This document shows, piece by piece, positions 56,394 to 64,000 of a stretch of DNA of 64,000 bases. How positions within the stretch are numbered: the stretch's first letter is position 1; each line of letters starts with the position of its first letter. The notes under the pieces were generated by a model that ran no database searches, was not told where the DNA came from, and worked only from the letters and a program-made list of their open reading frames with translations. The stretch is from an uncultured SAR86 cluster bacterium (lineage in GTDB: Bacteria; Pseudomonadota; Gammaproteobacteria; Magnimaribacterales; Magnimaribacteraceae), in contig CACAGI010000001.1 in assembly GCA_902532015.1 (NCBI GenBank), positions 57,639 through 121,638 on the forward strand, given 5' to 3'. A program made the translations under genes and the position numbers.

Positions 56394-58690
56394 AATTTTC
56401 TTTTATCATATCTAACTAGTAAGTTAGGGAAGAGCAAGAAGTCTATAAATAAAGCCATTACGAAGGATATTGTTGAGAATCTAGCAAAGTCGTGAAGAGG
56501 CATAAAATTAACTAAGTTAAGAACCAAAAATCCAAGCGATATGACAATCGTCATAACAATCAAAGCAAAGCCAACTGATTCAAAGGCAAACACAACTGCT
56601 TCTTCTGGAGTTTGACCCATTTCCCTTCTGGCTAGATCATATTTACTCAATAAATGCACAGTGAAGTCTACTATTATTCCTAGTGTGGAACCCATTCCTA
56701 CTGCAACCATGAAACCAACCTGACCATCGTATAAAGCCCAAATACCAAAGGCTGCTCCTATGGGTAAGACATTAGGAAAAGCAGAAAGTATTCCAAAAGG
56801 AATAGATCTAAAAAATAGACCAAGAATTAAGGTAATTAAAAACAAGCCAAAGAAAACACCGTAAAAAAGAGAATTTACAATTACAGAACTTATGTGAGAG
56901 AAGACTACTCTAAATCCTGCGGCGGGAGAGATTATTTCAGACAGATCATTTCTTTCTAGATGAGCTCTTATCTCTTTATCGAATTCTAAGAACTCTTTAC
57001 CACTCATATCGTCTAGATTGGCTGAAATTTTCGTAGAGGATCTGTCTTGACTGATTGAACTATTAAGATCTAGCCCCATAGGTAGAGACATTTCATAGAA
57101 AAATAAATACTGAGATGATAATTCCTCACTGTCTGGAATTTTTTTCCATTTTGGATCATCGCCATTCATGCTCTTGTTAAGATTTTTCATGGTATGAGCA
57201 AGAGAGGTAACATGATTGACTTCATCTTGAGTTTCCAGCCATTTAGTAAAATTATCTACTTTATTCAAGAACTCAGGTTCGGATACACTTCCATTCTTAG
57301 AGTCTGCTTTAAAGCTGACAGGAAAAGTTACTCCAAGCATTTCATCCAACCACAAAGTATCAGCTGAAAAAGAGGTGAATCCTTCATCGTACATTTGAGT
57401 TGGATTTTCATCTAGAACATTTAAAGGAATTAGACTTATAAGCAATAAAGATACCAAGGGAACCGACCAAAGAAGAGTTTTACTGTTTCTCAAACTAAAT
57501 TTAGCTATTCTTCTCGATAAATTTACTTGTTGATTCACAGATTTAGGAGATTTTATGTCAAAGAAAGAAAATAAGGGTGCTGCAAAGAAGATGGTAAATA
57601 TAAATGCCATTGCTATACCTATGGATACAAAGTTACCCAGATCTCTAAGAGGAGGTACGTCAAGTACATTAAATGATAGAAATCCTATACAAGTTGTTAG
57701 TGTGGTAAGAAATAGGGGTTGTAAATTTAATTCTAAGCTTCTTAACATTGATTCTTTGCTGGAATAACCTTTTATCCTTTGTTGAAAGAAGATACTAAAT
57801 AAATGCACACAATCAGCTAAAGCTAAAGTAATAATCAATATAGGAATAGTTATAACCATTTGGTTCAATGGATTGCCAATGTAGCCTACAGAACCAAATG
57901 TAGAAATTAAGCTTAAAAAGATCACTAACACTGTTGCTATCACAGCAAAAACGCTTCTTAGCAAAAAAAACACAGAAACTAGTATCAATATCAACATTGA
58001 TGGCATGATGATAGGCATCTCGGCTAAAACCATTTTTGGGCTTATATACTCTTGATAAGGCGTTCCTAGCATTCTTATGTCTAGTTCAGGGTGGTTAGTT
58101 TTAGCTTCATCCAAATATGCGAGTATAAAATCAACCGTATCAATCAGTTTTAGATTTGCATCAGGGTTTGGAGGATCAACAACAATGCTGATAACAGTTG
58201 TTTTTTTATCTTTGGATATTAGAGAACCATAGATTATTTCTTCTCCTTCAACGATCTTTTCTCTTTCTGCTATAAAGCTATCCTCTAATGACAATGCATT
58301 CTCAATAAAAGGCTCGACTAAAAGATCATCTCCAACAGATCTTACATACGAATAATTGGTTAAACTATCTACCCTGATCGAATACGGGACTGTCCACGAT
58401 TTTTCAGTTAGATTCTCAATCAGAGATAAAGTTCTTTTTGAAAAGATAGAATCTTTCTTGGCATTGATTGCAATTACAATATTGTCAGTTCGAATAAAGG
58501 TATCATCAATTTCGTTGCTTAGCGATGTAGCAAAATGATCAGTTGGAAAAAATCTTTCCATGTCAGGATTAAATGTCACATTTGTTACACCTTTACCTAA
58601 AATCACAACTACAAGCAGGGAAGCAATAATAAATAAAACTCTGTTATTGATTATAAATTTTGAAAGGTTCTCTTTTTTTAGAAATTCCAT
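56390..58690 (-). CDS. MMPL/RND-superfamily exporter (COG1033-like)
   Basis: 766 aa. It has two blocks of about 6 hydrophobic helices, each preceded by a large soluble loop, which is the typical MMPL/HpnN-like architecture. Confidence 0.8.
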   Translation of the reverse strand: MEFLKKENLSKFIINNRVLFIIASLLVVVILGKGVTNVTFNPDMERFFPTDHFATSLSNEIDDTFIRTDNIVIAINAKKDSIFSKRTLSLIENLTEKSWTVPYSIRVDSLTNYSYVRSVGDDLLVEPFIENALSLEDSFIAEREKIVEGEEIIYGSLISKDKKTTVISIVVDPPNPDANLKLIDTVDFILAYLDEAKTNHPELDIRMLGTPYQEYISPKMVLAEMPIIMPSMLILILVSVFFLLRSVFAVIATVLVIFLSLISTFGSVGYIGNPLNQMVITIPILIITLALADCVHLFSIFFQQRIKGYSSKESMLRSLELNLQPLFLTTLTTCIGFLSFNVLDVPPLRDLGNFVSIGIAMAFIFTIFFAAPLFSFFDIKSPKSVNQQVNLSRRIAKFSLRNSKTLLWSVPLVSLLLISLIPLNVLDENPTQMYDEGFTSFSADTLWLDEMLGVTFPVSFKADSKNGSVSEPEFLNKVDNFTKWLETQDEVNHVTSLAHTMKNLNKSMNGDDPKWKKIPDSEELSSQYLFFYEMSLPMGLDLNSSISQDRSSTKISANLDDMSGKEFLEFDKEIRAHLERNDLSEIISPAAGFRVVFSHISSVIVNSLFYGVFFGLFLITLILGLFFRSIPFGILSAFPNVLPIGAAFGIWALYDGQVGFMVAVGMGSTLGIIVDFTVHLLSKYDLARREMGQTPEEAVVFAFESVGFALIVMTIVISLGFLVLNLVNFMPLHDFARFSTISFVMALFIDFLLFPNLLVRYDKRKF

Positions 58691-59869
58691 TTATTCTCCA
58701 AAATAGTATATGAACTCAATCCTCATGAAATCATCTTCTCTAAAGGGCTCAAACAACTTAATCGCTCCATTGTCTTCATTCGTGTCATCAAAATACATTG
58801 CTTCTAATGAGATCATACAACAGCTTGCTATTCTTCTTGAGGCTTCAATTAACATACCAATTTCTTCTGTCTTTTCATTAATAAACATACCTGACAATAT
58901 CTGTGAATCGTAACTGTCGTTAAAGGAAAGTCTAGTGCCAACAACAAAAGGAGAGCTACTTAGTCTGTCATCATGATTGGCTTCAAGAATCCAGCCAAGA
59001 TCAATTCTAGAATCAGCTATTCCAACTTGAGTATATTCAAATCCTGCAGTCGCAGCTGAAAATGTATCACCTTGGCCGCTGCGTCTTATAGCCTCTAATT
59101 TTAGTGCAAGGCCACCGATTAGATACAAAGCTTCTAGACCTGTTTGATTGATCTTTTCGTAATAGGGAGTTAAATGGTTTAACTTTTTAGTAGAAGGCAT
59201 CAATCTAGGTTCTCTAGAGGTGCCAGAGAAATGCGATAAAGCTACTTCAAACTCATCAAAATAATGACTCCATCTAATAGCAAAATCCGTTCTTTTATTT
59301 TTAGCCGATGATTCATAAATAGGACTATCTGTATCGATCAGTACCGGTAGCCTTAACCTGCCTTTATCTCCGGAATAAGTTCTTTCTCTGAAACCCAATA
59401 GAGCGTATAAATCTATATTGCCCCAATTTCTTTCAAGAGATACCTTTATCATGGGCTGGCCTAACTTATCTTCACCATCAAAACTCTCAGTCGTATCAGT
59501 CTGGTTGATGACATCAACTCTATGAGATGTTTCTGTTACTCCCCAAAATTCTTTGCTTATTCCGTATTTTATTTCTTTAGATTCTCCTATCTCAATAAAA
59601 TAAAGCTCTTGAATATCAACCAGATTTCTCTCCGTATCTTTATTGTCGTCTCTTAACTTAGCCTTAAAATGGAATATCCGATCGTCTTCAAGGTTCTCAA
59701 ATATCTCAGGCGAGAAACTTACAGAGGAGTGATTATTGTCTTGCCCTAATGCGCCATCATTAAAGAAATGTCTGTTATCTAAACTTATTTCACCGATGAA
59801 CTCTGCCTTTATAGGAAGGATAAAAAAACTTATTAAAAATAAGGAGAGGTATTTAGCACTGGATTGCAT
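58691..59869 (-). CDS. Putative outer-membrane beta-barrel protein, unknown family
   Basis: 392 aa with a signal peptide. It has alternating hydrophobic/polar beta-strand-like patterns with Y/F/W girdles. It abuts both the LolA-like gene and the RND gene with 0-nt gaps. Confidence 0.45.
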   Translation of the reverse strand: MQSSAKYLSLFLISFFILPIKAEFIGEISLDNRHFFNDGALGQDNNHSSVSFSPEIFENLEDDRIFHFKAKLRDDNKDTERNLVDIQELYFIEIGESKEIKYGISKEFWGVTETSHRVDVINQTDTTESFDGEDKLGQPMIKVSLERNWGNIDLYALLGFRERTYSGDKGRLRLPVLIDTDSPIYESSAKNKRTDFAIRWSHYFDEFEVALSHFSGTSREPRLMPSTKKLNHLTPYYEKINQTGLEALYLIGGLALKLEAIRRSGQGDTFSAATAGFEYTQVGIADSRIDLGWILEANHDDRLSSSPFVVGTRLSFNDSYDSQILSGMFINEKTEEIGMLIEASRRIASCCMISLEAMYFDDTNEDNGAIKLFEPFREDDFMRIEFIYYFGE

Positions 59870-60664
59870 TTACCTAGATCTTTTTAAGCTATTTTGAGAA
59901 AAGTCTTTGTCTGTTAGACCTTTTTTAAAGGAAACTTCTGTAAATTTAAGAATTGAGCTTTTACCGTTTTGATGATTTTTCATTTCTATTTTATGGGGCT
60001 GCCAAAAAAATCCTAAGTACTTCTTATACTCATCAAACGTTTGGGTTTTTAGATGGAACGCCTTTCTATCAAAGTGATGAATTTTTTGAACTAGATAATT
60101 CTCCTTATCGATCCACACAAGTTGTTTGGTATACCCTGAATAAGGATCTAAAGGTATTCTTTTGATAACAAAACAATCTTTTCCTAAATAGTTTTCTTCT
60201 TTTACGTATTCGTATTCGTATTTTTCAACTTCTTGGAAAGAAAAATCTTCAAAAGAGAATTCGCTACCCAAAAAAGGTCCAGATTTATTTTTCGAAGCTA
60301 TTCGCTTTACTCGTTTAAGGGCTGGTAAATATAACCATTGATCATCTGCTTCTTGTTTATGAGCATAAGACAAAATTGCAACGCCCTTTACATCCCTTGG
60401 GCTCTCAAAGACCGCAATAGATTTATCGCCATCTTCAGGCACTTCCAATCTTTTAAATCTTAGTTCTCTAGCAACCACATCACCTTTCTTGCTAATCAGT
60501 TCCATGGTCATGGAAGAAGAGCTATCGCCATAACCTTCATTGTTTTTATCACTCAATAAAGCAATTTCTAACCCCCGATTAGCAAACAAAGAGCTTGATA
60601 GAGTTAAACTTAGAAAAAGAAAAAAACATGAAACTATTCTCATTATTTGATTAGTGCAATTCAT
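59870..60664 (-). CDS. LolA-like 'outer membrane lipoprotein-sorting' family periplasmic protein
   Basis: 264 aa with a signal peptide. DDQWLYLPALKRVKRIASKNKSGPFLGSEFSFEDF is the hallmark of the LolA_like family that accompanies COG1033 exporters. Confidence 0.7.
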   Translation of the reverse strand: MNCTNQIMRIVSCFFLFLSLTLSSSLFANRGLEIALLSDKNNEGYGDSSSSMTMELISKKGDVVARELRFKRLEVPEDGDKSIAVFESPRDVKGVAILSYAHKQEADDQWLYLPALKRVKRIASKNKSGPFLGSEFSFEDFSFQEVEKYEYEYVKEENYLGKDCFVIKRIPLDPYSGYTKQLVWIDKENYLVQKIHHFDRKAFHLKTQTFDEYKKYLGFFWQPHKIEMKNHQNGKSSILKFTEVSFKKGLTDKDFSQNSLKRSR

Positions 60665-60686
60665 TGTTTTTACTATCTACCAGTTT

Positions 60687-61565
60687 CTATTGAAATAATT
60701 TTTGTACACTTGAAAAGTCTAGGTCTTCTAGGCCCTGTTCAATTAATTCGTCATAAAGTTTTCTGGCAGAATCTCCCATAGGCGTTTCAGTTTTTGAATC
60801 TTGAGCCAATTCCTTAGCCAAGTTTAGATCTTTTATCATCAATTTATTTAAGAAACCTCCTTGATAATCTTTACTTGCTGGAGATTCAATCATCACTCCG
60901 GGATATGGATTATATTTATCAAGCGACCAATTCCCTCCAGAGCTTTTAGACATGATTTCTGACAATACACTGGGATCAAGGCCACTTTTTACCCCCATTG
61001 ATATAGCTTCAGCCGTACCACTCATATGTATTGCTAAAAGCATGTTATTGCATAGCTTAGCAATTTGACCTGAACCACTATCACCAGCATGAAAGATGTT
61101 TTTTCCCATCATAGAAAGGATGGGTTTAGCTTTCTCTACGTTTTCAACTGATCCACCCACCATAAAAGTTAAGCCTGCTTCTTCAGCCCCTTTTACGCCT
61201 CCAGAAACAGGAGCATCTATCATTTCTAAATCTAAAGATGAAGCTTTTAAGGACAATTCCTTCGAGGTCTTAGGGTTTATAGTTGAACATTCTATTATTA
61301 AGATGGAAGGGTCTATATTTTCTAATAGACTCTCTGAATTAAATATACTTGAAACAGCTTCACCATTAGGAAGCATAGTAATTAAGACATCAATTTCTTT
61401 AGAGGCCTGGAGAGTGTCAGAACACACCTCAATTTTATTTTCTGATGCTTGTTTAAGTATTTCTTCAGAAACATCAAAGCCTTTTACTTTTATTCCGTTT
61501 GAAATTAAGTTTTGGGCCATTGGCATTCCCATATTTCCTAAACCTATAAAACCAATTTTCTCCAT
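60687..61565 (-). CDS. mmsB: 3-hydroxyisobutyrate dehydrogenase
   Basis: 292 aa. It has IGFIGLGNMGMPMAQNL, DAPVSGG and a catalytic Lys region. It lies in a valine-catabolism cluster. Confidence 0.85.
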   Translation of the reverse strand: MEKIGFIGLGNMGMPMAQNLISNGIKVKGFDVSEEILKQASENKIEVCSDTLQASKEIDVLITMLPNGEAVSSIFNSESLLENIDPSILIIECSTINPKTSKELSLKASSLDLEMIDAPVSGGVKGAEEAGLTFMVGGSVENVEKAKPILSMMGKNIFHAGDSGSGQIAKLCNNMLLAIHMSGTAEAISMGVKSGLDPSVLSEIMSKSSGGNWSLDKYNPYPGVMIESPASKDYQGGFLNKLMIKDLNLAKELAQDSKTETPMGDSARKLYDELIEQGLEDLDFSSVQKLFQ

Positions 61566-61566
61566 T

Positions 61567-62682
61567 TTATATATCCTCTAGAGGATTATACTTCCATGCA
61601 GGTTCTAAATGTTCTTGAACCCAATCTCTCGGCACTTCACCAATGGTTTTGAATTTCCAGTTCGGAGAATTATCTTTTTCAATAATAACTGCCCTTATGC
61701 CTTCAGAAAAATCTCCTCTTCTCGTGATTTGAATAGCTAGATTTAATTCAAATCTAAACACTTCTTCTAGGGTAAGTTCACTAGAGCGTTTGCATTGTTC
61801 CCATATTATGTGAGCGGAAGTAGGGCATCCATTTTCCAACCCTGACTGTCCTGCGATGAACCATTCGTCGTCAGTGGCGTTGTTCAGTATATTTTCAACT
61901 ACTTTTTGTAGATCATCGCCTTTTGTAAGAGATCTTACTTTGTCTAATCTTTCTTCGAGCATTCCCTGAGGAAGCAGATCAAGATTTTTAGGTACATTGA
62001 ATTCATTTAACAGGTTCTCAATAGAAACTTGGTTAGATTTAACATCATCACCCCAATCTATTGATTTAATTTTGCTGTAAAAGTTCTCTAGGAATGACGA
62101 ATCTACATATTGGTTTGTTAATCCACAGAATTGCGTGTCAGCAGCTTTTAAATTAGTTGCTGTGAGCATCATGTATTTGCCTAGACCTTCAGGAAGTTTA
62201 TTAATGAAAAATGTAAAACCCACATCAGGAAAGAGTCCAACTCCTATTTCAGGCATCGCAAAACGTGTGCGCTCCGTACAAACCCGATAATGACTGCCTA
62301 ACATCAGACCTGCTCCACCACCCATCACTATTCCGTCTAAAATAGAGATAACAGGTTTGGGATATTTATGAATTTGATAATCGAGTCTATATTCTTTTTC
62401 AAAGAATTCTTCGGCATACATTGATTTCTTGGGGCTTTCAATCATGGAGTCATAAAGGGCTCTTATATCTCCACCTGCACAAAAAGCTTTTTCTCCTGCT
62501 CCCTCTATAAGCACTGCCTTCAAGTTATTTCTTTTCTCCCAGTCCTTCAATTGTTTTGAAATCCCTTCAACCATGGCAAGAGTCAAAGAGTTGAGAGTTT
62601 CAGGGGAATTAAGAATTATATGACCTATCTTCGAACCATTGTCTGTTTCGATTTCATCAATTAATAAATCATTGTCAGGCAT
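61567..62682 (-). CDS. 3-hydroxyisobutyryl-CoA hydrolase (crotonase superfamily, ECH_2)
   Basis: 371 aa. It has AFCAGGDIRALY, KPVISILDGIVMGGGAGL and MPEIGVGLFPDVG. Its length and C-terminal domain fit the HIBCH type. Confidence 0.8.
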   Translation of the reverse strand: MPDNDLLIDEIETDNGSKIGHIILNSPETLNSLTLAMVEGISKQLKDWEKRNNLKAVLIEGAGEKAFCAGGDIRALYDSMIESPKKSMYAEEFFEKEYRLDYQIHKYPKPVISILDGIVMGGGAGLMLGSHYRVCTERTRFAMPEIGVGLFPDVGFTFFINKLPEGLGKYMMLTATNLKAADTQFCGLTNQYVDSSFLENFYSKIKSIDWGDDVKSNQVSIENLLNEFNVPKNLDLLPQGMLEERLDKVRSLTKGDDLQKVVENILNNATDDEWFIAGQSGLENGCPTSAHIIWEQCKRSSELTLEEVFRFELNLAIQITRRGDFSEGIRAVIIEKDNSPNWKFKTIGEVPRDWVQEHLEPAWKYNPLEDI

Positions 62683-62685
62683 TTC

Positions 62686-63846
62686 TTATTGAATAATTTT
62701 AGCTGCGTCTTCCATAATCATTCTTCTGCCTATGATCATTTTCATTATTTCATTGGTCCCTTCCAGAATTTGGTGAACACGAACATCTCTTACATAACGT
62801 TCGAGTGGATACTCCTGTATATACCCGTAACCTCCAAAGATTTGTAGCGCTTCGTTGCAGACATCGAAACCTACATCAGTAGCAAAACGTTTCGCCATGG
62901 CCGAATAAGTAGTTGCTTCTGGATGATCTTTATCTAATTTAGAAGCTGCCAGCCTTACCATATTTCTAGCTGCAATAAGTTCGGTTGTCATATCGGCTAT
63001 TTTGAATTGGAGGGCTTGGAATTCAGATATTTTTTTCCCAAATTGCTCTCTTTGATTCATATATTCTTGGGCGTCTTCAAGAGCTGATTGAGCTGTTCCA
63101 ATAGAGCAGGTTGCTATATTAATTCTTCCTCCATCTAAACCTTGCATGGCGATCTTAAATCCTTGGCCTTCTTCGCCAATTAGATTCTTTGAAGGAATTC
63201 TTACATCAGTTAGAGATACTTGTCTGGTTGGTTGGTTCTTCCATCCCATTTTTGATTCATTCTTTCCGTACTCTATACCGGGAAGGTCAGCAGGTACTAG
63301 AAAACAAGATATACCTTTAGGGCCTTCTTCGCTTGTTCTAGCCATCAATATTAAACAATCAGTTGAACCAGACCCTGATATAAAGGCTTTAGATCCATTG
63401 ATAACGTAAGAATCTCCTTCTTTAGTGGCTGTTGTCTTTAAGGAAGCTGCATCAGATCCAGAGTTAGGTTCAGTTAGGCAGTAAGAAGCAAGCTTAGATC
63501 CTGAACTCAAAAGAGGGAACCATTCAGACTTCAATTCTTCCGAACCAAATTTACTTACCATCCAAATAGCCATATTGTGAATGGTCAAGAAAGCAGTTGT
63601 ACTCGTGCACCCAGAAGCTAATTGTTCGAAAACTATAGAAGCATCTAGTCTACCTAAACCCATCCCTCCTAAATCCGTATCAACATATAATGAGCAAAAG
63701 CCTAGATCTCCTGCTTTTTTAATTGTTTCCAGAGGGAATTCTTCTTCTTTATCCCAACGTGCTGCATGCGGCTTCAGTTCTTTGTCAGAAAAATCTTTAG
63801 CAAGATTTTGGAAATTCTTTTGATCAGAAGTTAATTCAAAATCCAT
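62686..63846 (-). CDS. Acyl-CoA dehydrogenase (probably isobutyryl-CoA dehydrogenase)
   Basis: 386 aa. It has CLTEPNSGSDAASL and the C-terminal QIFGGYGYIQEYPLERYVRDVRVHQILEGTNEI. Its context is mmsA/mmsB. Confidence 0.85.
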   Translation of the reverse strand: MDFELTSDQKNFQNLAKDFSDKELKPHAARWDKEEEFPLETIKKAGDLGFCSLYVDTDLGGMGLGRLDASIVFEQLASGCTSTTAFLTIHNMAIWMVSKFGSEELKSEWFPLLSSGSKLASYCLTEPNSGSDAASLKTTATKEGDSYVINGSKAFISGSGSTDCLILMARTSEEGPKGISCFLVPADLPGIEYGKNESKMGWKNQPTRQVSLTDVRIPSKNLIGEEGQGFKIAMQGLDGGRINIATCSIGTAQSALEDAQEYMNQREQFGKKISEFQALQFKIADMTTELIAARNMVRLAASKLDKDHPEATTYSAMAKRFATDVGFDVCNEALQIFGGYGYIQEYPLERYVRDVRVHQILEGTNEIMKMIIGRRMIMEDAAKIIQ

Positions 63847-63851
63847 ATTAA

Positions 63852-64000
63852 TTATTCCAAGTTAATGGTTAGGTTGGCCGAACTTTCTTCATCTTCATCA
63901 AACCATCTTTCAGTAATCGTTTTAGTTTCTGAATAAAATCGAACAGCTTGTTTTCCGTAAGCATGTAAATCTCCATAGAACGATTGTTTCCACCCTGTGA
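63852..64000 (-). CDS. mmsA: Methylmalonate-semialdehyde dehydrogenase, C-terminal fragment (the rest lies outside the window)
   Basis: My translation is ...[48 protein letters not shown]. The GWKxSxFGDLHxxGKxxVxFYTxxK motif is the MMSDH C-terminus. Confidence 0.7.
   Translation of the reverse strand, partial: TGWKQSFYGDLHAYGKQAVRFYSETKTITERWFDEDEESSANLTINLE

Noticed and set aside
1-64000. CRISPR arrays, IS elements, prophage genes, toxin-antitoxin pairs and known defence systems.
   Set aside because: I saw no repeat-spacer periodicity and no transposase-, phage- or nuclease-like ORFs. The few intergenic gaps over 100 nt are mostly explained by a tRNA, the 6S RNA, a mini-lipoprotein or divergent promoters.

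Overview
This is an AT-rich, extremely gene-dense chromosomal segment of about 70 genes, many of them overlapping or abutting. Gene order is classic Gammaproteobacteria: lysA-dapF-yigA-xerC-yigB; metK-ahcY; tkt-pgk-fba; ubiE-ubiB-hisE-tatABC; miaB-ybeZ-ybeY-corC-lnt; zapA-ssrS-ygfA opposite pepP-ubiH; rpmB-rpmG opposite coaBC; rpmE opposite priA; nnr-tsaE; and a valine-catabolism cluster at the right edge. The compaction and base composition suggest a streamlined marine gammaproteobacterium, perhaps SAR86-like. That taxon call is inference only.

I found two RNA genes, tRNA-Arg(CCG) and a 6S RNA, and four short genes absent from the ORF track: tatA, rpmG, an LptM/LppL-type mini-lipoprotein, and an mmsA 3' fragment. 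I see no rRNA, CRISPR array, IS element, phage gene or integrase other than housekeeping xerC.

The accessory-looking part is roughly 40.3-60.7 kb. It contains:
- a methyltransferase plus two secreted esterases, one carrying an EF-hand pair;
- an Anbu (proteasome beta-like) gene divergent from a circularly permuted ATP-grasp/alpha-E pair, with no transglutaminase partner;
- a TauD-like / AKR2-like / Gfo-Idh-MocA / purple-acid-phosphatase-like block fused onto the nnr-tsaE operon;
- an unknown-protein / luciferase-like oxidoreductase / AmpG-like permease operon;
- a LolA-like / beta-barrel / MMPL-RND export module.

None of these has a proven function as far as I know, and they are the best candidates for new biology. 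All functional calls come from reading the translated ORFs against remembered family signatures. No database search was run.
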